From an uncultured Bacilli bacterium (lineage in GTDB: Bacteria > Bacillota_I > Bacilli_A > RF39 > UBA660): 64,000 nt of DNA. Location: positions 3,739 to 67,738 of the forward strand of contig CALVQQ010000002.1 in the NCBI GenBank assembly GCA_944358255.1, written 5' to 3'. Each line of letters opens with the position of its first letter. Positions within the stretch are counted from its first letter, which is position 1. Below the pieces are notes generated by a model. That model was given only the letters and a program-made list of their open reading frames with translations. It made no database searches and was not told the origin of the DNA. Position numbers and translations under genes: made by a program. Below, piece after piece: positions 18,879-28,392 of the stretch.

Positions 18879-19287
18879 ATTATATAACAAATATAAGGTT
18901 TTTTTAAAATATATATTTTCTGCTGGGCTATCCTTTGTGATAGATTTGGTGTTATTTAGTATTTTTTCATTAGTATTGAAACAATATATTAGTGCTTATG
19001 CAATTATTTTGTCTACTTTTATTGCAAGAGTTATAAGTTCATTTATAAATTATTTGTTAAATGGTAATATGGTTTTTAGAAGCAATAATAAGGTAGTTGA
19101 AAATTCCACATTGATTAAATATTATATTTTAGTTGTAGTTCAAATGTGTGTTTCATCTTTTAGTGTTTATTTCATTTATTTGTTAACTCATTTTAATGAA
19201 ACTTTAATTAAAATACCTGTAGACATATTAATTTTTGTTGTAAATTATTTTGTACAAAAAAAGTTTATATTTGTTAGAAAGGATTAA
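18859..19287 (+). CDS. GtrA-family membrane protein (putative lipid-linked sugar flippase)
   Basis: About 140 aa with four transmembrane segments and the typical GtrA layout next to a GtrB-like glycosyltransferase. Confidence 0.65.
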   Translation: MKEIICKLYNKYKVFLKYIFSAGLSFVIDLVLFSIFSLVLKQYISAYAIILSTFIARVISSFINYLLNGNMVFRSNNKVVENSTLIKYYILVVVQMCVSSFSVYFIYLLTHFNETLIKIPVDILIFVVNYFVQKKFIFVRKD

Positions 19288-19289
19288 TT

Positions 19290-21080
19290 ATGAAAAAATT
19301 TAAGTGTTTTTTTATATTTTTGTGCTCACTATTAACTGTTGTGTCGTTTGTTACTCCTATGACTTTAAATGGTTTAGTGTTTACTCAAAAGGATAATTCT
19401 TTTTTGCTTTACTTGGTTTTTATAATATTTTTGTTTTTGTATTATAAAAAGTATTTATATAGTTTAAAATATAATAAGATTTTTAATTTTTTATCACTTT
19501 TATTTAGTTTATTTATGGTAGTAGGTTATAGCTTTGACGTTACTGATAGCAGTGATTTGTTGTTTGGCTCATGGTTTTTGTTCTTTTTATCGCTTTTAAA
19601 ATTTGTTGGATATTTTATATTTTTTAATGTGACAATTAATGTGATTTTTAATTTTATAAGGGAATATGATTTTTCTGATTTTGTGAAAAAAAATAAATTG
19701 TTATTACTTTTTGAAAAAAATCCTTTTTTGTTTTCTTGTATTTTGTTATTAATTTGTTATTTACCTTATATGATTGCTTATTATCCTGCTGTTATTAATT
19801 ATGATGCTGCTAATCAGATTAAAGAGGTTATGGGAATTCATACTAGGTATATGGATAGTGTAGTATTGATAAATGAAAATGTATTTATAACTAATTTTAA
19901 CCCAGTTATTCATACTCTTTTATTAGGTGGGCTCTTTAAACTTGGATATAATCTCGGTAGTGTTAATTTTGGATTGTTTTTGTATAGTGTTTTTCAAACT
20001 GCTTTAGTTATTATGACTTTTTCTTATGCGATTTGTTTTATGAAAAAACAGGGTATTAAAAGTAAATATCTCATTATATCTTTATTGATTTTTGCGCTTG
20101 TTCCTGTATTTCCAATGTACGCTATGACTACAGTAAAAGATGTAATATTTTCTTGTTTGATTTTGCTTTTAGTAATTTATATATATAAATTCATAATAAA
20201 TGATATTTTGAAAAGAGACTATTTTATATTTTTTGTTATAGTTCTTTTTATGATGTTATTTAGAAATAATGGTCTTTATATTTTGCTATTGGTTTTTCCT
20301 TTTATGATTATAGTTTTAAAGGATAAAAGAAAATCTTTAGTTTTAATATTTGTTTTATCGTTGGTTTCTTATTTTGGGTATAACAGGTTATTAACTTATT
20401 TTGAAATTGCAAATACTAGTATTAGAGAGGCATTATCTATCCCATTTCAACAAACTGCCAGATTAGTAAAATATAGGGAAGAAGTTATTGAAGAAAATGA
20501 TGAAAATATAATTGATGTAATATTAGATTATGATACTTTAGCAGATAGATACGAGCCTGATTTAAGTGACAATGTTAAAAATAAATATAATAAGTATGCG
20601 ACGAGTGATGATTTGAAACGTTATTTTATTGTTTGGTTTAAATATTTATTGAAAGAACCTATGATTTATGTAGATGCAACTTTAAATAATGTTTATGGAT
20701 ATTTTTATCCTAATACTGCTCAGTGGTATTTATATAATGATTATAATACAAAATTGGAAGAAGCTGGTTTTGATTACCATTTTAATAATTTAGATGTTGT
20801 TAGAAATGCTTTAGGTGATTTTTCAAGTGCTTATTCTAGAATCCCATTTTTAGGTTTGATTGTTAATATAGGGTTTACAAGTTGGATATATTTGTTTTTA
20901 CTATGTTCACTAACTATTACAAAAAATAAAAAATATATATTTACTTTATTGCCAGGTTTTGTACTTTTACTTACTTGTGTTGCTGGCCCTGCAAATACAT
21001 ATTTTAGATATATTTTACCTTTAACTTTTACTTTACCTGTTATGGTTCCGTTATTGTTAAAAAAGATTCGTTATAGATAA
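19290..21080 (+). CDS. Large polytopic membrane protein, probably a GT-C-type glycosyltransferase (YfhO/ArnT-like)
   Basis: 596 aa with more than 10 transmembrane segments, located immediately downstream of the GtrB/GtrA genes. Confidence 0.5.
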   Translation: MKKFKCFFIFLCSLLTVVSFVTPMTLNGLVFTQKDNSFLLYLVFIIFLFLYYKKYLYSLKYNKIFNFLSLLFSLFMVVGYSFDVTDSSDLLFGSWFLFFLSLLKFVGYFIFFNVTINVIFNFIREYDFSDFVKKNKLLLLFEKNPFLFSCILLLICYLPYMIAYYPAVINYDAANQIKEVMGIHTRYMDSVVLINENVFITNFNPVIHTLLLGGLFKLGYNLGSVNFGLFLYSVFQTALVIMTFSYAICFMKKQGIKSKYLIISLLIFALVPVFPMYAMTTVKDVIFSCLILLLVIYIYKFIINDILKRDYFIFFVIVLFMMLFRNNGLYILLLVFPFMIIVLKDKRKSLVLIFVLSLVSYFGYNRLLTYFEIANTSIREALSIPFQQTARLVKYREEVIEENDENIIDVILDYDTLADRYEPDLSDNVKNKYNKYATSDDLKRYFIVWFKYLLKEPMIYVDATLNNVYGYFYPNTAQWYLYNDYNTKLEEAGFDYHFNNLDVVRNALGDFSSAYSRIPFLGLIVNIGFTSWIYLFLLCSLTITKNKKYIFTLLPGFVLLLTCVAGPANTYFRYILPLTFTLPVMVPLLLKKIRYR

Positions 21081-21529
21081 TCTTTAAGTTCTACAATGCT
21101 ATTTTTGTTAAAAGCATGTAAATCTTTAGCTAGTTCGAGAATGTCGCTTTTTTCTTTTTTATCTAAATTGTTTACAAAATCTTTTATTCTTTTTTCTAAA
21201 TCTATTTCGCCCATAGTGAATCCTCTAATTAAAATGTTCGCAATTTTACTATCACTGTTATCTCTTTTTATTTCTTCTTCCATCATAGTGTTTGCCATTA
21301 ATTTCTGCATAAACTTGTTTTTAGTAGTTTTTACATTGTATTTTTGTTTTAAGTCTTTTGCCATTTTTAAATAATGCTCATATGTTTTTATATAGCTTTC
21401 TAAAACTTTTTTGATTTTGTTGTCTTTGTTTTTTAATATTTTTATAATTTTTGTTGTGCTTGATAAGCCCATTTTTATATTTTCACATAAATATAATATT
21501 AGTTCATCTTGATTACTCATTTTAATCAC
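21071..21529 (-). CDS. Hypothetical helical protein of 152 aa
   Basis: ORF convergent with the glycosyltransferase cluster, overlapping it by 10 nt. No recognisable motif. Confidence 0.45.
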   Translation of the reverse strand: MIKMSNQDELILYLCENIKMGLSSTTKIIKILKNKDNKIKKVLESYIKTYEHYLKMAKDLKQKYNVKTTKNKFMQKLMANTMMEEEIKRDNSDSKIANILIRGFTMGEIDLEKRIKDFVNNLDKKEKSDILELAKDLHAFNKNSIVELKDYL

Positions 21530-21586
21530 CCACTTTTAGTATTTACAGTTGTTTTAGAATAATTCATGGTATAATAATTTTATAGG

Positions 21587-22360
21587 ATGGTGAAGTTTAT
21601 GAAAGCTTTGGTAACAGGTGCATCTAGTGGCATTGGTAGAGATATGGCAATTTATTTGTCAAAAATTGGTTATGATATTATTTTGGTAGCTAGAAATAAA
21701 GATAAGTTAATTGATGTGAAAGAAAAATTAGATACGCCATCAGATATTTTGATTGCTGATTTAAATAAAAAAGATGATGTTGATAAGGTTATCGATAGAT
21801 GCAAAAAAGAGAAAATTGATGTTTTGATTAATAATGCCGGCTTTGGCTTATATGGGCCATTTTATAAAAGTGATTTAGATAGGGAAATTGAGATGATAAA
21901 TGTTAATGTGATTGCTGTTCATAGGCTTACAAAAGAAGTGTATAAAATGATGAAAGACGCTAATGGTGGTTATATTTTAAATGTTGCTTCTTCTGCTGGG
22001 CTGTTACCTGGTGGCCCATTATTGGATACTTATTATGCTACTAAGTGTTATGTTAGAAGTTTAACTTTAGGATTGTATGAGGAAAATAGAAGGGATTTAA
22101 ATAATGTTCATTTATCTGTTCTTTGTCCTGGCCCTATAAATACTAATTTTAATAATGTTGCAGGTACTAGTTTTAATTTGAAATCAATGAGTAGTGATTT
22201 TGTTGCAAAATATGCTATAGATAAAATGTTTAAAAATAAGGTTGTAATTGTTCCTGGCTTTATGGTTAAATGTGGATTATTTTTTCAAAGGTTTTTAGGT
22301 GTAAAATTATTATTAAAAATAATTTATAATATTCAGGTTAAAAAGGGTAATAAAAACTAA
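21587..22360 (+). CDS. Short-chain dehydrogenase/reductase (SDR)
   Basis: TGASSGIG cofactor motif, NNAG, and YxxxK (YYATK). Confidence 0.8.
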   Translation: MVKFMKALVTGASSGIGRDMAIYLSKIGYDIILVARNKDKLIDVKEKLDTPSDILIADLNKKDDVDKVIDRCKKEKIDVLINNAGFGLYGPFYKSDLDREIEMINVNVIAVHRLTKEVYKMMKDANGGYILNVASSAGLLPGGPLLDTYYATKCYVRSLTLGLYEENRRDLNNVHLSVLCPGPINTNFNNVAGTSFNLKSMSSDFVAKYAIDKMFKNKVVIVPGFMVKCGLFFQRFLGVKLLLKIIYNIQVKKGNKN

Positions 22361-22381
22361 TATAATTTATTAGGTGATTTT

Positions 22382-22900
22382 ATGAGTTATTTTTTGATTT
22401 TTGTTTTTTCTATTTTTATAGGTTTTGTTGGACATTTTTTATATGAGTTTAGTAACCATAATAGGATTGTTGCTTTATTTTTTGCTGTTAATGAAAGTAC
22501 TTGGGAACATATAAAAATTGGATTAACTCCATTGCTTTTATGTACTTTTATTGATGCTTTTTTTAATGGTTATATACATAATTTTTGGTTTAATAAGTTT
22601 GTTTCAATTTTTTGTTTTATTATTTTAATACCATTACTTTTTTATTTTTATAAATTCTTTTTAAAAAAGCATGTTTTAATTATTGATATATTTATATTTG
22701 TGTTTTCTGTATTTGTATCAGTGTTGTTGAATTATTATATGAATTATTATTTTATTAATTGTAATTTAAATGTTATTGGCATTGTTGGAATGTTTATAAT
22801 TATCGTTGCTTATTTTACTTGGACTTATAATCCGCCTAAATGTTTTTTGTTTAAAGATCCTATCTCAAATAAATATGGTATTAATGCTCATTCGCATTGA
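22382..22900 (+). CDS. Hypothetical membrane protein
   Basis: Hydrophobic ORF of 172 aa with several transmembrane segments. Confidence 0.45.
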   Translation: MSYFLIFVFSIFIGFVGHFLYEFSNHNRIVALFFAVNESTWEHIKIGLTPLLLCTFIDAFFNGYIHNFWFNKFVSIFCFIILIPLLFYFYKFFLKKHVLIIDIFIFVFSVFVSVLLNYYMNYYFINCNLNVIGIVGMFIIIVAYFTWTYNPPKCFLFKDPISNKYGINAHSH

Positions 22901-22936
22901 AGTTGAATAATTTACTTTAATCTTATATAATTATAG

Positions 22937-23818
22937 TTGGAGGTTATTGTAGTGAGTTTTGGAGATAGGAAGGATGCAGTTAGGGTTAAAAACATGGATG
23001 GAATGCACATGATTATGTGTGATATAAAACCATTAAGAGCTGACTCTGATGTTTATATTAATCAGAAAGTAGATGTAACTGAACTTGTTAAATATATTGA
23101 GGAAAAGAAAAAAAGTGAAAGTGATTTAACATATTTTCATGCATTTTCGACAGCAATTGCTAAAGTTTTTTATAATAGGCCATTGTTAAATAGGTTTGTT
23201 TTAAATAAGCATTTTTATGATAGGAAAGAGGTGTCTTTGTCTTTTGTGGCAAAGGTTGATTTTGAAGATGATTCTCCTGAGTATTTGAATGTTATTCGTG
23301 TCGGTGAGAATGATACTTTGATTGATGTTAAAAATAAAATAAGCGGTACTGTTAAAAAAGTCAGAAGTGATTCTAAAAATGGAACAGATGATGCTGTTAA
23401 TGTTGTCGGAAAATTACCAAGATTTTTAAGAGTTTTTGTTATGTGGACTTTGAAAAAATTGGATAATCATGGTCTTATTCCTTATAGTTTGATTGAAAAT
23501 GATATTTATCATAGTTCAATCATCATATCCAATTTAGGGAGTATAGATTGTAATGCAATTTATCATAATTTAACAGATTTTGGAACTAATTCTATTTTGA
23601 TGACAATAGGTAAGATTCATAAAGAACAGGTTGTAATGGAAGATGGTAAAGTTGAAATTAGAGATGTATGTGATTTTGGTGTAAATGTTGATGAGAGAAT
23701 AGCGGATGGAGTCTATTTTGCGAAATCTATAAAATTATTTGAGTATATTTTACAAAATCCTGAATTATTAGAAACAAAGGCGTGTGAAAAGATTGAAAGA
23801 GAAAATAAAGTTAAGTAA
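22937..23818 (+). CDS. 2-oxoacid dehydrogenase acyltransferase catalytic-domain family protein (no lipoyl domain)
   Basis: C-terminal DERIADG matches the DHRxxDG catalytic motif of E2/CAT-like acyltransferases. Confidence 0.5.
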   Translation: MEVIVVSFGDRKDAVRVKNMDGMHMIMCDIKPLRADSDVYINQKVDVTELVKYIEEKKKSESDLTYFHAFSTAIAKVFYNRPLLNRFVLNKHFYDRKEVSLSFVAKVDFEDDSPEYLNVIRVGENDTLIDVKNKISGTVKKVRSDSKNGTDDAVNVVGKLPRFLRVFVMWTLKKLDNHGLIPYSLIENDIYHSSIIISNLGSIDCNAIYHNLTDFGTNSILMTIGKIHKEQVVMEDGKVEIRDVCDFGVNVDERIADGVYFAKSIKLFEYILQNPELLETKACEKIERENKVK

Positions 23819-25547
23819 AGAAGAAAAAAAAGAGAATAAACTAGAAAGTAAGTTAAGAAGCCCATGGACTAGATTTTATAAGGATGTTCCTAAACATTTA
23901 AATTATCCTGATATGATGATGTGGGAATTAATTGATGATACTTCAAAGATGTACCCTAATTATGTTGCTTTGGAGTATTTTGGTCAAGAAATAACTTACT
24001 CTAAATTAGTTAGTATGATTCATGAAGCTGCAAGGGCTTTAAGAGCATTAGGAGTTAGTGAAAATGATGTTGTAACTATATGTGCGCCTAATATGCCTCA
24101 GTCTATTGTGATGTTTTATGCTATAAATATGGTTGGAGCAGTTGCTAATATGATTCATCCACTGTCTGCTGAAAATGAGATACTTAATTATTTGACGATT
24201 TCAAATAGTACTTTTGTTTTTTCTATAGATGTTGCTTGTGATAAGTTGCTTAATATTATTGATAAGACTAGAGTTAAAAAAATAGTTGTGATGACTGCTA
24301 ATGGTAGCATGCCAATGTTTATGTCTGTAATGTATTGGCTTGTACAAGGTAGAAAAACTAAGGTTCCTTTTGATAAAAGCAATATTATGTCTTGGAGAGA
24401 TTTTATTGATTTTGGTTATATGTTTAATGATGAGTATATTGTTAAGAGGAGTAAATATGATCCTGCAGTAATATTGTATAGTGGTGGGACTACTGGGAAA
24501 CCTAAGGGTATTTTGTTATCTAATAATAATTTTAATGCATTAGCGATACAAAGTCATTTGATGGCAGATCCTAGTAAAGCAGGAGATTCTGTATTATCTA
24601 TAATGCCAATTTTTCATGGATTTGGCTTAGGTGTTTGTATACATACACCACTTATTTGTGGAATGAGATGTATTTTGATACCACAGTTTAATTATAAAAA
24701 GTTTGGAAATTTAATAAAAAAACATAGACCAAATTTTATTGTCGGGGTTCCTACATTGTATGAAGGTTTATTGAAAAATAAAGATATTAAAGGCAATGAT
24801 ATGTCTTCTGTTACTTGCGTTGTTTCGGGTGGTGATATGATGTTACCTGAATTAAAAAGAAAAGTTGATAGGTTTTTGGAGGAACATGGATCTAGTGCTA
24901 AAGTTAGAATTGGTTATGGTTTGACAGAAGGAAGCGCGGCTAGTTGTTTGACTCCTAGTGGTGAATATCGTGATGGAAGTATAGGCATTCCTTTTCCAGA
25001 TACTTATTATAAAATTGTTAAAGTCAGTACACATGATGAACTTCCATATGGTGAAGATGGTGAGATATGTATTCATGGACCTAGTGTTATGATGGGTTAT
25101 TTAAATGATGTTAAGGAAACTATGCAGACTTTAAGGGAACATAACGATGGTTTGCTTTGGTTACATACTGGTGATATTGGCGCAATGGACGAAGATGGGT
25201 TTGTATATTTTAAGCAAAGATTAAAAAGAATAATAATTTCTTCTGGTTATAATATATATCCTACTTATATTGAAAATGTGATTTCATCTCATCCTGATGT
25301 TCTTACTTGTACTGTCATTGGTGTAGATCACCCCTATAAAGTTCAGGTTGCGAAAGCATATATAGTTTTGAAAGATGGCGTGAATCCTACTGAAAAAATA
25401 AAAAATGAGATTAAAGAATTGTGTAAAAAGAATTTAGCTAAGTATTCTTTGCCAAGCGAATATGAATTCAGAGATTCTTTACCAAGAACATTGGTTGGTA
25501 AGGTTGCTTTTAAAGAATTAGCTGATGAAAATAAAAATGTAAATTAA
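23784..25547 (+). CDS. AMP-dependent acyl-CoA synthetase/ligase
   Basis: YSGGTTGKPKG AMP-binding motif, GYGLTE, and the GD...DEDG hinge. Confidence 0.8.
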   Translation: MKRLKEKIKLSKEEKKENKLESKLRSPWTRFYKDVPKHLNYPDMMMWELIDDTSKMYPNYVALEYFGQEITYSKLVSMIHEAARALRALGVSENDVVTICAPNMPQSIVMFYAINMVGAVANMIHPLSAENEILNYLTISNSTFVFSIDVACDKLLNIIDKTRVKKIVVMTANGSMPMFMSVMYWLVQGRKTKVPFDKSNIMSWRDFIDFGYMFNDEYIVKRSKYDPAVILYSGGTTGKPKGILLSNNNFNALAIQSHLMADPSKAGDSVLSIMPIFHGFGLGVCIHTPLICGMRCILIPQFNYKKFGNLIKKHRPNFIVGVPTLYEGLLKNKDIKGNDMSSVTCVVSGGDMMLPELKRKVDRFLEEHGSSAKVRIGYGLTEGSAASCLTPSGEYRDGSIGIPFPDTYYKIVKVSTHDELPYGEDGEICIHGPSVMMGYLNDVKETMQTLREHNDGLLWLHTGDIGAMDEDGFVYFKQRLKRIIISSGYNIYPTYIENVISSHPDVLTCTVIGVDHPYKVQVAKAYIVLKDGVNPTEKIKNEIKELCKKNLAKYSLPSEYEFRDSLPRTLVGKVAFKELADENKNVN

Positions 25548-25726
25548 TGTAAAAAAGTAAATATCATAATATTTACTTTTTTCTTTAGAAATTATGTTTT
25601 TTTTAGTAAAAAATATTTTTTTTATAAAAATATTTTTTTGTTTTTTAAAATTTTTGTTAAAAAAAACATTGACTTATATGTGTGCCTTTAGTAAGATTAA
25701 TGTAGTCAGCATAGGAGGTGATTTAA

Positions 25727-27679
25727 TTGCAAAAAGATATATTTGATGATCTTGTAGTTGTGAAAAGAAGTGGTCAAAGAGTTAATTTTAATAGTTATAA
25801 AATAGCTGTTGCAATTAAAAGCGCCTTTGATAGTGTTTATGATAATAGTGATGAATCTAATATTAATAAAGTTTATGAAAAAGTTTTAAAATATATAGAA
25901 AATAATTATGAGAATAGAAAAACAATAAATGTTGAAGATATTCAAGATATTATTGAAGCTATGTTACAGGAAGACAAATATTTTGAAGTTTATACGGCTT
26001 TTAGTGAATATAGGAAAAAAAGGGCTATTAGTAGAAAAATATTTACTCAAAAACAACAGCATAAATTTTTAAAAGCTATTGAAAAAATAAACGATGATAA
26101 TGTTTTACTAAGTGATAATACGTTTAAACTTAATGATGTGGTTGTTAAATATGGGATGACGGTTATTAATGAAATAACAAAATCTTATATAATAGATAAT
26201 AAATATCTTAGAGAGCATGATGAAGGAAATATTTTTATTCATGATATGTGTAATTTTTCTTTAGGTAGATTATCTAATATTCATATCGATATGACTGAAT
26301 ATTTAAGAAATAATTCTTTTGATAGTTTTATTTACTATTTGAAAAGTTTAGGTACTGAAGTAAATGGCGAAATTAGTATTCCAGCTTTGGATAAGTTGTT
26401 AGAACAATATTGCTTGCAGACATTTAAAAAGATTTATATTGATTATTTGTCTAAGTATTTGAAAGTATCCGGATTTGATCAATATATTAATTTAAATAAG
26501 ATAATTGAAATGGTTAATAAAGAATCAGATATAATGTTTGAGATGTCTAACTATTCAATATATATGTTATCTTCTCAAGTTGAAAATATATTTAGTCAAG
26601 CTTATAAAGATAGTGTTGATAAATGTAAAAATGACTTTTATTTGAATATTAAAAATCTATTTTGTACTTTGGATGCTTCAAATAGGAAATATTCATTTAG
26701 TTTTGGTACTAGTTCTAATTATATAGGTTCATGTTTAAATAAAATAATTATTGAAGTTTTAAATGAGTTAGATAGATTAAGTAATGTTTCTGCAACATTT
26801 AAATATAATCAGATTAATAAAGATTATTTGAAAGAAATTTGTTCTTTAGTACTTAATGGAAAAAATGTTCTTATTGCTAATCTAAATGCTTCATATAACA
26901 AGAATATAAATGAAGTTGAATATTTCTCTGATGGTGTTAGAATTTTTGAAAATAATAATGATGATGAGAGTGGTTCTGTTGGTAGAATGATGATTGCAAT
27001 TACTTCTATTAATTTTGCTAGATTAGGATTAGAATTTGAAAATGATACAATAAAGAATTTTTATAATAAATTAGATTTTGCGTTAGAAACTGTTAAAAAT
27101 GAATTGTTGTTGACTTTTGAAACCATTGGAAATAAGAATAAAGATAATTATGATTATTTGTTTAATAATAACGTAATGAGTGATCAAAAACTTGAAAATG
27201 GGCAAAAGATAAGAAAAGTTATAAAAAATGGTGATTTATTAATCGGTGTGATAGGTTTAAAAGAGTGCGTTAATCTTTTGGAAAAGGATGAGAGTAAGCA
27301 ATTATCTTTGCTTAGAGATATATTAAAGTTTTTAAATTATAAGTGTTTAAACTATCGTGAAGAAACAAGATTAAATTTTTATATTAACGCGCCTTATGAA
27401 AGTTTGGCTGCGAAGGAATTGATGACTTTGGATAAATCTATTTATGGAATAAGAAAAGAAATAAGAAATAAATATAGTTATGATTCTGTATATAATTTAC
27501 CCATTTTAAAAGATGATTATAAGAGTATTGGTGAAATACAAAAGTTTATCAGTGGCGGAAGTGTTTATGAAATAAAGTTAAATAAGAGTATGAGTATTAA
27601 TAAACTTGAAGAAATGATACTTACTTTGTTTGATAATGATATAGGATTGTTAAAGTTTAGAAGTAAGGAAGTGACTTGA
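25727..27679 (+). CDS. NrdD-like paralog: ATP-cone plus class III RNR-like core, lacking the catalytic cysteines and glycyl-radical tail
   Basis: N-terminal ATP-cone (VVVKRSGQRVNFNSYKIAVAIKSAF) and NIFIHDM resembling NrdD DIHLHDL. No CC thiyl motif, no Zn ribbon, no RxxGY. TTG start with GGAGGTG RBS. Confidence 0.55.
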   Translation: MQKDIFDDLVVVKRSGQRVNFNSYKIAVAIKSAFDSVYDNSDESNINKVYEKVLKYIENNYENRKTINVEDIQDIIEAMLQEDKYFEVYTAFSEYRKKRAISRKIFTQKQQHKFLKAIEKINDDNVLLSDNTFKLNDVVVKYGMTVINEITKSYIIDNKYLREHDEGNIFIHDMCNFSLGRLSNIHIDMTEYLRNNSFDSFIYYLKSLGTEVNGEISIPALDKLLEQYCLQTFKKIYIDYLSKYLKVSGFDQYINLNKIIEMVNKESDIMFEMSNYSIYMLSSQVENIFSQAYKDSVDKCKNDFYLNIKNLFCTLDASNRKYSFSFGTSSNYIGSCLNKIIIEVLNELDRLSNVSATFKYNQINKDYLKEICSLVLNGKNVLIANLNASYNKNINEVEYFSDGVRIFENNNDDESGSVGRMMIAITSINFARLGLEFENDTIKNFYNKLDFALETVKNELLLTFETIGNKNKDNYDYLFNNNVMSDQKLENGQKIRKVIKNGDLLIGVIGLKECVNLLEKDESKQLSLLRDILKFLNYKCLNYREETRLNFYINAPYESLAAKELMTLDKSIYGIRKEIRNKYSYDSVYNLPILKDDYKSIGEIQKFISGGSVYEIKLNKSMSINKLEEMILTLFDNDIGLLKFRSKEVT

Positions 27680-28362
27680 TGGAAATAAGCGGTTTTGAAA
27701 AAATGACTTTAACTGATTATCCTGGTTTTGTCGCGGCTATTGTTTTTACTCAAGGTTGTAATTTTAAATGTCCTTTTTGTCATAATAGTGATTTAATCTA
27801 TTTCAAGAATGGTGCGATTGATGAAAATGAGATTTTAGATTATTTGAGTAAACGTAAAAAAATGCTCGATGGTGTAGTTATTACTGGTGGGGAACCAACT
27901 ATGCAAAAAGATGTAGTTAGTTTTTTAAATAAGGTGAAAGAACTGGGATTAAAAGTTAAATTGGATACTAATGGTGCTAAACCTGAGGTTATAAAAAAAA
28001 TAATAGAATTAAATTTGATTGATTATATTGCAATGGATATAAAAAGTAGCAAGAATAATTATTCAGTAGTAAGTGGGGTAAGTGTTGACTTAGATAAAAT
28101 TTCTGAAAGTGTAAAACTTATAAAAGAATCTGGATTAGACTTTGAATTTAGAACAACGGTTGTTAGAAATTATCATACTTTAAATGATTTGTTAAGTATT
28201 TGTGAATTTGTTGGTAAAGATTCTAAATATTTTTTACAAAATTTTGAAAGTAGTTCTAGGGTTTTAGATGCTAATTTAAAAGCATTTACAAAAGATGAAC
28301 TTTTAGAAATGTGTGCTAAATTAAATGAGAAATTTCCTAATGTTAAAGTTAGAGGAATATAA
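27676..28362 (+). CDS. nrdG: Anaerobic ribonucleoside-triphosphate reductase activating protein (radical SAM)
   Basis: FTQGCNFKCPFCHN radical-SAM cysteine motif and VVITGGEP. Confidence 0.85.
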   Translation: MMEISGFEKMTLTDYPGFVAAIVFTQGCNFKCPFCHNSDLIYFKNGAIDENEILDYLSKRKKMLDGVVITGGEPTMQKDVVSFLNKVKELGLKVKLDTNGAKPEVIKKIIELNLIDYIAMDIKSSKNNYSVVSGVSVDLDKISESVKLIKESGLDFEFRTTVVRNYHTLNDLLSICEFVGKDSKYFLQNFESSSRVLDANLKAFTKDELLEMCAKLNEKFPNVKVRGI

Positions 28363-28392
28363 AATTATACAGGTGATTAGGAGGAGAAAGTT

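Noticed and set aside
25660-25700. Possible NrdR box (ACAT...ATGT) in the nrd promoter region
   Set aside because: Only the 4-nt ends are palindromic. The match to the 16-bp NrdR consensus is poor, and no nrdR gene is visible in the window.
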